This document shows positions 1 to 7,782 of a DNA stretch of 24,785 nucleotides, piece by piece (position 1 is the stretch's first letter; every line of letters starts with the position of its first letter). Where the stretch lies: positions 1-24,785 of the IMG/VR virus record IMGVR_UViG_3300010366_000065. One strand, 5' to 3'. Below the pieces are notes generated by a model. It was not told the DNA's origin. It ran no database searches and saw nothing but the letters and a program-made list of their open reading frames with translations. The position numbers and the translations under genes are program-made. Origin of the DNA: a virus (lineage: Duplodnaviria; Caudoviricetes).

Positions 1-316
1 ACCAGCCCAGCCGTGCCCGCCTGGCGGCTAGGGCCTCGGCCTCGGTCTTTGCGTCAGAGCAGGGCTGGCACAGCAGCTGCAGATTCCAGTCAGCCTCAGG
101 GCCGCCCCGCTGTATGTGGTCCACCACAGCCCCAGGGCCGCCACAGACGCGGCAGCAGCCCCGGTCCCTGGCCCTGATGCGGGCCACCGTCTGCGGCCAT
201 CCTGGGGGCATTCGGCGGCCCGCCCCCTGCCACGGCTGGCGGGGGTGCTCGGGGCACGGCTGCAGCTGGCGGCAGGGCCACACCAGGCAGGGCGGCCTGG
301 CCCGCTGGGGGCTCAC
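1..316 (-). CDS. HNH endonuclease (terminase-associated type), 3' end runs off the window
   Basis: Hand translation from GTG at 316 (GTGA overlap with the upstream stop): MSPQRARPPCLVWPC...RDRGCCRVCGGPGAVVDHIQRGGPEADWNLQLLCQPCSDAKT. It has the RD-CxxC, DH, NLQ and LCxxC motifs. Not in the ORF track. Confidence 0.88.
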   Translation of the reverse strand, partial: MSPQRARPPCLVWPCRQLQPCPEHPRQPWQGAGRRMPPGWPQTVARIRARDRGCCRVCGGPGAVVDHIQRGGPEADWNLQLLCQPCSDAKTEAEALAARRARLGW

Positions 317-495
317 GGCAGCCAGGTGACGCTGGCCCCCCGTGCCCGCCAGTAGCGGGCAGCTGAGCCAGCCGACCGGCCGACAGACTTACGGGCCACG
401 GGCGGGGCCTCAATCACCCGGTAGGTATCGGGGTCCAGGACCAGGCCGAAAGTCACCATTCCGGTACGGACCACCAGCATGGGGCCAGGGATCAT
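313..495 (-). CDS. Hypothetical protein (60 aa)
   Basis: 4-bp overlaps with both neighbours; globular-looking sequence (MLVVRTGMVTFGLVLDPDTYRVIEAPPVAR). Confidence 0.7.
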   Translation of the reverse strand: MIPGPMLVVRTGMVTFGLVLDPDTYRVIEAPPVARKSVGRSAGSAARYWRARGASVTWLP

Positions 496-677
496 GGCCC
501 CTCACAGGGGCGGCAGGTCGGTGATTCGCCGATGGCCCGGCTGCCGGTGCTCATGAGTCCCGGCCACGCAATCAGCGCACCAGGCCCCCGGCCTGCTGAC
601 CAGATTCCAGCAGGGCAAATCCTGATGCGGGCAGTTGCACAAAGGCCCGCCCATTCCCCCCGCCCCCATGGCGTCAT
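492..677 (-). CDS. Hypothetical protein (61 aa)
   Basis: Fills the gap exactly, with ATGA/GTGA-type overlaps on both sides. Confidence 0.5.
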   Translation of the reverse strand: MTPWGRGEWAGLCATARIRICPAGIWSAGRGPGALIAWPGLMSTGSRAIGESPTCRPCEGP

Positions 678-979
678 CGGTGCCGCTTGCCCCGCCGTGC
701 GGGGGCTTTCTTTACTGACGCGATCTTGCCACCAGCGCGGGCCTTGACCTTTCGGCGGGCCATGGTGGGGGTGATTGTCTTAGCCCCCCGCTTGGAATTG
801 CTGGCCTGCTGCCCGGCCCTGGCTAATGCACTGCGGTGTATGCCTATCCGCTGGGCCTCGGATATGCCCGCTGCCTTTGCCTGGCTGGCTGTCGGCACTG
901 GAAACCTGCGGCCTTTCGGGTCCAGGAATGCCGAGGGCGGCAGTTTATTGCGCTGCCTTGCCGTCAGCCGCCTGGCCAT
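674..979 (-). CDS. Highly basic small protein, DUF6582-like
   Basis: ATG at 979 with GGAAAGGTGG RBS. The motif LTARQRNKLPPSAF-x-DP-x-GRRFP...ALARA resembles DUF6582; K/R-rich tail. Confidence 0.75.
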   Translation of the reverse strand: MARRLTARQRNKLPPSAFLDPKGRRFPVPTASQAKAAGISEAQRIGIHRSALARAGQQASNSKRGAKTITPTMARRKVKARAGGKIASVKKAPARRGKRHR

Positions 980-1115
980 CGGGCCACCTTTCCCGGCCCG
1001 CCAGCATGCCCGGCCGTGCCCTGAGCCAACCTGACGGGGTGTGGTCCGGGGACCGGGCACACTGGCGGCGATCACTCACACGGCTGCCGAGGATGCCACC
1101 AGCTGCCGCAGCCCG

Positions 1116-1289
1116 TCAATCCAGGGGCGGCCATTCATAGACCGGCTTCCCGCTTTCCAGGATTAGCCGCCTGGCTCCGCAGAAATCACACCAGTGGTCA
1201 TCCCCAGGGCGGGCCTCGGTCAGCGGCGGCCAGGTGTGCCCCTCACGGGCACACCACTTAAGCCGCTGCAGCTGGCTATTCCTGGTCAT
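1116..1289 (-). CDS. Small Cys/His (putative Zn-binding) phage protein
   Basis: MTRNSQ...CAREGHTWP...CDFCG; likely start ATG 1289 overlapping the upstream gene end. Confidence 0.7.
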   Translation of the reverse strand: MTRNSQLQRLKWCAREGHTWPPLTEARPGDDHWCDFCGARRLILESGKPVYEWPPLD

Positions 1290-1812
1290 GCTCAATCGCT
1301 GCCAGGATTTCGGCTGCCGTCTCCCCTTCCTCATCTGTGATCCATTCTGAAAGCCGCTCGATTATCTCAGCACGGAGATAGGCCCGCTGTGCCGCTGTAA
1401 AGCCATGGCCGCTGCGGGCCTCTTTCGGCATCAGGTAAACGGACGGGCTGCCGTCCTTTTCCTTGGGGTATTCATGCTTGATCTTATTGGCCCGCGTCAG
1501 GTAACCGTCCTGGTTCACATAGCGGGTCAGATAGGCGCCACATTTCCGCATGCATTCCACATGGATGTGGAATATGCCGTTTACCTGCCGCTTAATCTTT
1601 GTGCGCCTATGGTCGGACCAGTCAGGCCAGCGGTGCTGCCCCACCCGGCATTCCAGGGCGTTTAACGGCAGATTCTGAGCCCACTGCTCGAATGCGGCCC
1701 ACTGGCGGGCCAATTCAGCCTCGGGGCCTGGCGGGTCCAGCACCCCATTTCTGCTGCTGCCGTCATTGAACACTGGCGCTAACTCCGGTCGGCTGTCCGT
1801 GCCTGCCGTCAT
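1276..1812 (-). CDS. Hypothetical phage protein with Cys/His motif
   Basis: 178 aa; CRVGQHRWP...CMRKCG; preceded by the repeated GAGAGGAACCCACC-ATG leader. Confidence 0.85.
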   Translation of the reverse strand: MTAGTDSRPELAPVFNDGSSRNGVLDPPGPEAELARQWAAFEQWAQNLPLNALECRVGQHRWPDWSDHRRTKIKRQVNGIFHIHVECMRKCGAYLTRYVNQDGYLTRANKIKHEYPKEKDGSPSVYLMPKEARSGHGFTAAQRAYLRAEIIERLSEWITDEEGETAAEILAAIEHDQE

Positions 1813-1859
1813 GGTGGGTTCCTCTCAGTCGGTGGCTGTCACTGGCTAGGTCTAGATAA

Positions 1860-1889
1860 CGATAGCGGCCTGGTGTTAGCTTTGGCAGG
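1860..1889 (-). promoter_or_regulatory. Putative sigma70-type promoter for the 1276..1812 operon
   Basis: Minus strand CTGCCA-N18-TATCGT upstream of the leader. Confidence 0.3.
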
Positions 1890-2114
1890 CACCACCCCGG
1901 CAACGGGGTGGCAGGCCGCTGGCGCTGGGCACCCGGCCCCCCACTCCCCGTGGTGGCCCGGCAGCTGGTGGCCATAGGTGCCAGGCAGCTGGAAGCTGCC
2001 CCCTGAGTGACACCCAACGGGGGCTGTGCCTGGCACCAGGGGCACCAGGGCAGCGCGGCCCCGCTGCCGTTCCGGGGATGGACGCGGCAGCTGGCAGGCC
2101 CGGCCCTGGTGCCC
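1864..2114. other. Highly structured intergenic segment (candidate ncRNA or structured DNA element)
   Basis: Perfect inverted repeats 1864-1872/1912-1920 (enclosing an 8-bp hairpin with GCAA loop), 1977-1987/2027-2037 and 2040-2051/2103-2114, each with inner stems. Confidence 0.45.
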
Positions 2115-2888
2115 TCACCAGTCATCGGGCGGCCCATCCTCGGCTGGCCGCTCGGGCAGCCCCAGCAGCCGCCTGGCGTCGGCGGCCCCCTTGCGGGATA
2201 CCTCGGGGTCGGCAATCCCCTGGCTGTGCGGGCAGGCCCGGCTGGGGTGATCCCGGCTGCCGATGGCGGCCCCGCAGCGGGGGCACAGCTGGCCCGGTCC
2301 TGGCGGCTGCTGGCTGCCCGGCTGGCTGGGCCTGGCGGCTGCCCGGCCAGGCTGCCGCCTGGTCCTGCCTTCCTGGGTCAGGGCGTCGGACGGTGACCAC
2401 TGACGGGGGCCGCCAGCAGGGCGGCCCCCTGTCTCTGTCTCTGCCTCTGTCTCTGTATATATTGCCAAACTGCTGCCCGTTTGCTGCCCCGTTTGCTGGG
2501 GCTTTGCTGCAGCATTTGCTGCGGCACTCGCTGCCCGCTTTGCTGTCTCATGGCCGCCGCTGGCCCCGGCCTTCCGGCGCTGCTCCGCTATGCGTTCAAT
2601 GTCGGCCCTGGACCGCTGATGCTGCAGGTAGTTGTGGACATTCACCCCGCCGTCTGCCGACTCCACAAAGCCCCGTTCCAGCATCAGCCTGCGGCTGGCC
2701 CGATTGCCAACCTTTGCCCAACGGGATGCCGGAATGAAACCGTCTTTTCTGAGCCGTGCGGCTGTGGTCCAGCAGTCAACGAGTGCCCCAACGACTAGCA
2801 ACTTAATGCCTATCGGAAGCCCATCCAGCTTGTCATCGTCTAGCAACTGGTCATCGACCTTGACATAGGTTCGGTTCGGTCTAGGCAT
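2115..2888 (-). CDS. Replication initiator / replisome organiser (actinophage RepA-like)
   Basis: N-terminal YVKVDDQLLDDDK...DGFIP...VHNYLQHQ...RRKAGASGG, a TETEAETET linker and a C-terminal CxxC. Start ATG 2888 overlaps the upstream stop (ATGCCTAG). Confidence 0.8.
   Translation of the reverse strand: MPRPNRTYVKVDDQLLDDDKLDGLPIGIKLLVVGALVDCWTTAARLRKDGFIPASRWAKVGNRASRRLMLERGFVESADGGVNVHNYLQHQRSRADIERIAEQRRKAGASGGHETAKRAASAAANAAAKPQQTGQQTGSSLAIYTETEAETETGGRPAGGPRQWSPSDALTQEGRTRRQPGRAAARPSQPGSQQPPGPGQLCPRCGAAIGSRDHPSRACPHSQGIADPEVSRKGAADARRLLGLPERPAEDGPPDDW
2430..2549. repeat. Putative replication origin: iteron-like array plus AT-rich and polypurine tract inside the initiator gene
   Basis: Seven TTGCTG-like-headed units at 11-12 bp period (2470-2549) next to GTATATATTG and a (CTGTCT)n tract. 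Confidence 0.6.
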
Positions 2889-3156
2889 GGCCAGCCAGCC
2901 AGTCATCCACTGACGGCGCTGGCCCCGGCCTGCCCCGTTCGCGGTGTTCCAGGATCAGGCCGCGCTGCACCGTCGCCAGCACGTCTGCCCGGTCCATATC
3001 CAGCCGCCACATTGCGAATGCGATCACTTCCTCACGGCAGGCCCGGCAGCGGCCCCGTGATCGCGGGATGGCATGGCAGCTGGGGTGCTCACAGGTCGGC
3101 GGCCCCGGCAGCTGGCACAGCGGCAGCCGCTGGCAGCTGTGCTGGGGCTCAGCCAT
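2881..3156 (-). CDS. Cys-rich hypothetical protein
   Basis: 91 aa, several Cys/His including CRAC; tightly packed in the operon. Confidence 0.7.
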   Translation of the reverse strand: MAEPQHSCQRLPLCQLPGPPTCEHPSCHAIPRSRGRCRACREEVIAFAMWRLDMDRADVLATVQRGLILEHRERGRPGPAPSVDDWLAGHA

Positions 3157-3158
3157 GG

Positions 3159-3449
3159 CTAGTCCAGCGTCCCCTGCACATACTGCGGCGGCAGCCCCAG
3201 GCAGGCCCGGCAGATGCGGTCAGTGGCCCTCGGGGTGACCCTGAGCCATAGGTCCCGGCTGTCCATCAGCTGCCCGCAGCGGGTCATTTCGTGGCCCTCG
3301 GGCCAGGGGTCGAGGGCGGCCCCGGCCTCGGCCAGGTGCAGGACCGTCAGGATGCGGCCTGCGGGGGCACAGTAGACAGGCTGAGGGCTTCCCAGCGGCT
3401 GGCTGTCCTCAGGCATGGCCCCGGCCCCCAGGCCGCCTGCGGGGCTCAC
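3159..3449 (-). CDS. Hypothetical protein, putative Zn-binding
   Basis: H...TRCG...ICRAC motif; start GTG 3449 (GTGA overlap) or ATG 3416. Confidence 0.65.
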   Translation of the reverse strand: MSPAGGLGAGAMPEDSQPLGSPQPVYCAPAGRILTVLHLAEAGAALDPWPEGHEMTRCGQLMDSRDLWLRVTPRATDRICRACLGLPPQYVQGTLD

Positions 3450-3823
3450 GGCGGGTCGGCGGTCACTGTCGGCGGGGGCAGCATCAGCCTGTCTGGGGGG
3501 ACCGTGACAGAGCCCTGCCAAACGGTGGGCACAAAGACATTGACTGGCAGGTGAACCGTCATTTTCATGACCACACAGCCAGGCTCGGGCTGATCCGGCC
3601 GACGCTGGGTGATCCGGCCCGCCCGGACCTCTTTCAGGCTGCTGCCCCCGGCCCACCAGATGGCCCGCAGCTGCACCCAGAATTCAGCAGTGATCATGGG
3701 CGGCTGAATGGGTGGCGGGGGTGGTGGGGGCAGCGCGGGCAGGTCGGCGGGGCCTGGCCGGTAACCGTCCTCATCAGGCTCAGGCAGATAGCCGGGCGGG
3801 TCCTCATATGGGTAATCGCTCAC
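3446..3823 (-). CDS. Hypothetical protein with acidic, Pro-rich N-terminus
   Basis: Likely start GTG 3823 (MSDYPYEDPPG...); beta-rich C-terminal part. Confidence 0.65.
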   Translation of the reverse strand: MSDYPYEDPPGYLPEPDEDGYRPGPADLPALPPPPPPPIQPPMITAEFWVQLRAIWWAGGSSLKEVRAGRITQRRPDQPEPGCVVMKMTVHLPVNVFVPTVWQGSVTVPPDRLMLPPPTVTADPP

Positions 3824-3830
3824 GGCTGGC

Positions 3831-4355
3831 TCACAGAGCCCTGAGGGGTGGCCGGTCCCTTTCGTCATTGTCCCAGCGCACCACCATGGGCTGGCCGGTG
3901 GCGGTGTCCTCAGCGTCATACCAGAGCCTGCCGTCCCGGCCATACCAGGGGCGGCCCAGCTGAATGGTGACACGGCGCGATGGCGGCCCAGCTGGCACCA
4001 CCCGGTATTCAGGGTCTGGGCCTGGCATCGGCCCCCGCGTCAGGCCGCTGCCAGGTGGCCAGTCGGCGGGCTGGTCATTGATGGCCTCGGCTGGGGCCGC
4101 CTTGATTGTCTGCGGCCTGGCCCGGCTGGCGGCTGGCTCGGGGCGGCCATTGGACCCTGCCCGGTCGGGGTGGGCCACATAGACGCCACGGCGCACCTTT
4201 TCCAGCACGTTCGGGTAAAGGTTATTCAGTGCCCGCAGGGCTGCCCCTGCCGCGCTGTATGAAAGGCCGGTGTTAGCAGCGCACTTTTCCAGGGATATGG
4301 GGCCTTTTGTTCGTAATGCCCAGTCCCATACCTCTGTCAGTCTTTGAGCAGTCAT
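3831..4355 (-). CDS. Putative winged-HTH DNA-binding protein
   Basis: N-terminal GPISLEKCAANTGLSYSAAGAALRAL...LEKVRRGVY; ATGA overlap with the resolvase gene. Confidence 0.7.
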   Translation of the reverse strand: MTAQRLTEVWDWALRTKGPISLEKCAANTGLSYSAAGAALRALNNLYPNVLEKVRRGVYVAHPDRAGSNGRPEPAASRARPQTIKAAPAEAINDQPADWPPGSGLTRGPMPGPDPEYRVVPAGPPSRRVTIQLGRPWYGRDGRLWYDAEDTATGQPMVVRWDNDERDRPPLRAL

Positions 4356-4714
4356 TGGCCGGATGCTCCGATCGTGTCTAGCAGGAATGGTTCACAGGGC
4401 CAGGCCCTGCCTCGGGGAACGTGCAGGGCCACAATGCGCCGCAGCCGCAGCTGGCCCCGCGATGGCTTATCTGCAATGACCGGAATGGCCCGCAGCCACT
4501 GGGCCAGCCGGTAAAGGTCATTCCACCAGTCATCGGCCAGGCGGGCATCGCCCCGCTTAACCTGGACCAGCACCAGATAGGGGCCAGGCTTTGCCGCCAC
4601 CAAATCTGCCTCACCCAGGCTGCCGCCTGGCCGCCACACCACAAAGCCGTCACGCTCAAATGCGGCCCTGGTTTGGCGTTCCAGTTCATAGCCCTGGTTA
4701 TAGCGGGTCATCAC
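4352..4714 (-). CDS. Holliday junction resolvase (Hjc-like PD-(D/E)xK)
   Basis: GYELER...GFVVWR-x-GGSLGEADLVA...LVQVK signature. Confidence 0.85.
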   Translation of the reverse strand: MMTRYNQGYELERQTRAAFERDGFVVWRPGGSLGEADLVAAKPGPYLVLVQVKRGDARLADDWWNDLYRLAQWLRAIPVIADKPSRGQLRLRRIVALHVPRGRAWPCEPFLLDTIGASGQ

Positions 4715-4949
4715 CCGCCCCCGTTATTGCCTGCTCTAATAGCTCAGCTGCCCCCGATAGCCAGCGGGTGTCCTGGCTCGCACAGTCGGCGGCTATCTGC
4801 CGCCAGCACTGGGCCAGGTCCCAGGCCCGGCGCAATCCGGCATGGTCGGCGGCAATGTGGGCCTCGGCCTCGGCCAGCTGGGAATCCAGCAGCCGGATTA
4901 CTGCCTGGTAATCCTCGGGGGCTGGCCAGGGCCAGTCAGCGTCAGTCAT
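4698..4949 (-). CDS. Hypothetical helical protein
   Basis: Likely start ATG 4949 (ATGACTGA overlap); MTDADWPWPAPEDYQAVIRLLD... Confidence 0.65.
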   Translation of the reverse strand: MTDADWPWPAPEDYQAVIRLLDSQLAEAEAHIAADHAGLRRAWDLAQCWRQIAADCASQDTRWLSGAAELLEQAITGAGDDPL

Positions 4950-5181
4950 CGTGGGCCTTTGCCTCAGCCCTGATGGCCTGGGCTGCCTCATCTTCCAGGC
5001 GGGTTATCTGGTCCAGGTGCTGCCTGGTCATCATCACTAAATGCTCACGGTCGGCCCTGGCGGCATAAACCTCATCCAGCAGGGCGGCCACATCCTCTGG
5101 CCGGATGGCGGCCCGGTCGCCATAGTCCACAAATAGGCTGGCCCGCTGTGCGATATCCGACAATTGCGCGTCACTCATCAT
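4942..5181 (-). CDS. Hypothetical protein
   Basis: 79 aa; DVAALLDEV motif common in small phage proteins; overlaps both neighbours. Confidence 0.7.
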   Translation of the reverse strand: MMSDAQLSDIAQRASLFVDYGDRAAIRPEDVAALLDEVYAARADREHLVMMTRQHLDQITRLEDEAAQAIRAEAKAHDD

Positions 5182-6265
5182 CGAATAGGCTCTTTTCTGG
5201 TGGGGGGTCCTGGGGTGCCTCTGCCGCCTGGTCCTGCCGGTCCCTGGCTTCCTCGGCGGCCTGCCTGGCTTCCTCAGCTGTCAACTGGTCCAGCACCTGG
5301 CCAGCCTCGGCCTCGGTCAGGTCATTACTGCTGGCAATCTTGCGGTCAATGACCAGGCCGATAAAGGCCCGTGCCCCCTCACGGTCGGTGATCCCGATGC
5401 GCCGCAGCGATGCCCACAGCCTGGCCCGCTGGGCGGGGCTGATCATGGTTGCCTGGTCATGATCAGCACCCGGCCCAGCGGGGCTGTCCCCCTGCCCAGC
5501 GGGGGTGTCCTCAGATTGGCCCCCAGGCGGCTCTGAGCGGCCCTCTGGCGGGCTGCTGGCCTCGGGCTGGGGTGCTGGAAGGGCCGCAGCTGGCGGCCTG
5601 GTGCGGCGGGCTGTGCGCTTTGGGCGGGGTGGCGGCCCCCCTGTGCCACCAGTGCTGGGGACCACCACCCCGCCGTCCTGCCCCTCATCCCCGATTTCCT
5701 CAACCAGGTAGGGGAGTCCCAGCAATACATCGGCGGCAATCCAGCGGGCCATTTCCCCGGTGCAGCGGGCCACCAGCATGACCTGGGGCTGGCGCTGCCA
5801 GCTGCCCTTAGGGTCATTGAATCCCCGCACACCCAGATTTCTGGCCCGGTCAATTGTCCATTCAGAGTTAACGGGATACCAGTCATCACCTTTGCGCTTG
5901 CCGCGCATGATGGCCCTGGTATTGCTCACGTCTATCAGTTCCAGGGTGTGGCCATGCTGCTGCAGCAGTGCCCTCAGCGCGATGGCCCGCAAAGCTGGCT
6001 GCCCCGACCCAGGCGGGATGATGTCGATGGACCGCAGGCTGGCCATCGGGTCAAAGCCCAGGGCCTGGCCGGTCAGGATGGCGGCAGCCCCCTGGGCTAT
6101 TGAGCCCTTCCAGTCGATGGCGTTTTTGTCATCCCTCAGCCGCAGGCTGTCTGGAAAGAATCGCGTAGGGGCAAAGATGGCCGCTAACTGCTCAGCTGCG
6201 GCAGCCTCATCAGCCCAGGCGGCCAGGCTGGGCCTGGCGGCCTCGGCCTGCAGTGCAACGGTCAT
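5171..6265 (-). CDS. recT: RecT-like single-strand annealing protein
   Basis: AAILTGQALGFDPMASLRSI...G-x-PAL...WTIDRA-x-x-LG...W-x-x-QP-x-x-MLVAR...DVLLGL-x-Y-x-x-EE; directly downstream of an exonuclease gene. Confidence 0.8.
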   Translation of the reverse strand: MTVALQAEAARPSLAAWADEAAAAEQLAAIFAPTRFFPDSLRLRDDKNAIDWKGSIAQGAAAILTGQALGFDPMASLRSIDIIPPGSGQPALRAIALRALLQQHGHTLELIDVSNTRAIMRGKRKGDDWYPVNSEWTIDRARNLGVRGFNDPKGSWQRQPQVMLVARCTGEMARWIAADVLLGLPYLVEEIGDEGQDGGVVVPSTGGTGGPPPRPKRTARRTRPPAAALPAPQPEASSPPEGRSEPPGGQSEDTPAGQGDSPAGPGADHDQATMISPAQRARLWASLRRIGITDREGARAFIGLVIDRKIASSNDLTEAEAGQVLDQLTAEEARQAAEEARDRQDQAAEAPQDPPPEKSLFDDE

Positions 6266-6292
6266 CGGATGGGCGGCTTTCTAGTCGGTGTG

Positions 6293-7051
6293 TCACGCTG
6301 CCTCGGGGTCGGCAAAGATGGCGTCACCCACCCAGCTGGCCATTTCGTCAGCGTGGTGGTGCAGCCAGGCCAGGTGGCGGAATGTCAGCCATACCTGGTC
6401 CCCGCTGTCCAGGGGCCGCAAGTCATAGCCATCTGCCCTGACGTGCAATGCCCCGCAGCGGGTAATTCCCAGGTCGGCCAATGGGTGCTCTGCCCCATCC
6501 TCGCCAGCTGTGGTGTATGTCTCGGCCCTGGCGTAAGCGCAAACCTGGGCCGCAGCCTCGGGCCATATTCCGCTGCGGCCCGTCTTGATATCCAGCATCC
6601 AGACCTGGCCCGCCATATGGGCAACCAGGTCAGCGGTGCCGCAGTAAATGACCTGCCGGTTGCAAACTACCAATTCCATAGCTACCGGGTCCGGGTCCCA
6701 TTCCCTCAGAAATCTGAGGTATGAATCCACATGCCCGGCCAGGTATTCAGGGACCGATACCTCACGGTCGGCGGCTAGGGCCTCGGCCAGCTGGTGGACC
6801 TTGACACCCTTACGGGCCGCCTGGTCCCTTTCCTCATACCGGGCCTTATTCAGCTTTTTAAGCCGCTCTGAGGGTTTCAGGTCGGCCAGGTCATCCCAGT
6901 GGTCCACGGCATATTCAGCCGTGGTGCGGCCCGCCCATTCAATCAGGGCATCTTTGGGCAGTTGCTTAAGGATCGTGGTGACGCCAGGCAGCTGCTGCCC
7001 ATCGGCCCAGTAGGTGTGGCCAGAGCCCCGGTCACGGCGCACCAGGGTCAT
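6293..7051 (-). CDS. RecE/Cas4-like PD-(D/E)xK exonuclease
   Basis: LPGVTTIL...ALIEWA...GVKVH...YCGTADL...LDIKTG...QVCAYA motifs. Confidence 0.88.
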   Translation of the reverse strand: MTLVRRDRGSGHTYWADGQQLPGVTTILKQLPKDALIEWAGRTTAEYAVDHWDDLADLKPSERLKKLNKARYEERDQAARKGVKVHQLAEALAADREVSVPEYLAGHVDSYLRFLREWDPDPVAMELVVCNRQVIYCGTADLVAHMAGQVWMLDIKTGRSGIWPEAAAQVCAYARAETYTTAGEDGAEHPLADLGITRCGALHVRADGYDLRPLDSGDQVWLTFRHLAWLHHHADEMASWVGDAIFADPEAA

Positions 7052-7218
7052 GACGCGGCCCGGTCCTTTGCCTGCCGCAGGCTGATGGCGTCCAGCAGCT
7101 GCCGCAGGTCGGCCACTTCCTCTGGGGTCGGGGGCCGCTCACGGGCCGCCAGGGCGGCCATGCGCTCACGGCGGGCCTGGCTCCGCTCAGCCTCGCTGGC
7201 GGCAGGGTCGGGGGTCAC
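7048..7218 (-). CDS. Small hypothetical protein (56 aa)
   Basis: Hand translation MTPDPAASEAERSQARRERMAALAARERPPTPEEVADLRQLLDAISLRQAKDRAAS; GTGA and ATGA overlaps on the two sides; below the ORF track cut-off. Confidence 0.75.
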   Translation of the reverse strand: MTPDPAASEAERSQARRERMAALAARERPPTPEEVADLRQLLDAISLRQAKDRAAS

Positions 7219-7466
7219 CTGGCCACCCGCAGACTGGCGGCAGGCTCGCCGGTGTCCACTGACTCAAAGATCGTTTCCACGCTGCAGTCCAGGGCCTGGC
7301 AGACGGCATCGACCGTGGCCGACGAAACGGGGTGCCCGTGCAGCATGTTTCGCACGGTGTCTACGTGTAACCCTGTGACTCTGGCTAACGTTGTGGCATG
7401 TGTGCCCAGGCCCCGGTCCAGGGCCTGATGCAGAATGGCGTTTGGTCGTGCTCTGAAACCAGGCAC
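7215..7466 (-). CDS. Cro-like XRE HTH regulator
   Basis: HATTLARVTGLHVDTVRNMLHGHPVSSATVDAVCQALDCSVETIFE; likely start GTG 7466 with GGTGA RBS; first gene of the early operon. Confidence 0.85.
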   Translation of the reverse strand: MPGFRARPNAILHQALDRGLGTHATTLARVTGLHVDTVRNMLHGHPVSSATVDAVCQALDCSVETIFESVDTGEPAASLRVAR

Positions 7467-7553
7467 GGGGTCATCACCACGGTCCCCTGTTGGCGGGCAA
7501 TCGGCGGGGGGGCCTCGCCAGGCATCTGGGTCCCCGGTTGAGCGTTCCGCCAA

Positions 7554-7582
7554 TCCTTACTCTGGGGGTTCCGGCCTGTCAA
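7554..7582 (-). promoter_or_regulatory. Early promoter upstream of the cro-like gene
   Basis: Minus strand TTGACA-N17-TAAGGA(T). Confidence 0.6.
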
Positions 7583-7705
7583 TGTTGGGGTCACCCTCGG
7601 CCCCCCAGGAAACTGCTCAGGTAAAGGCAAAGCAAAGCCCCCAGGGCGGCCATTCCCGGCCCCAGAGTGCCGCCCCCCGGATGCCCTTCCTGGTTCCCCG
7701 GAACC

Positions 7706-7748
7706 AAATAAGACACCCCCTGACCAGTGATCTTGTCAGGGGGTGTCT
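7706..7748 (-). terminator. Intrinsic terminator after the integrase
   Basis: Perfect 14-bp stem AGACACCCCCTGAC/GTCAGGGGGTGTCT with a 10-nt loop, followed by TATTT on the minus strand. Confidence 0.75.
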
Positions 7749-7782
7749 CAGGCTGAGACTGGCCCAGATTGGACTAGACCAT

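Noticed and set aside
1876-2118. 80-aa minus-strand ORF with GTGA overlap after the initiator
   Set aside because: Pro/Gly/Ala/Arg low-complexity sequence, and the overlap arises trivially from TGG-TGA; not fully excluded
3698-3735. G-rich tract as a G-quadruplex or repeat element
   Set aside because: Explained by poly-proline coding on the minus strand
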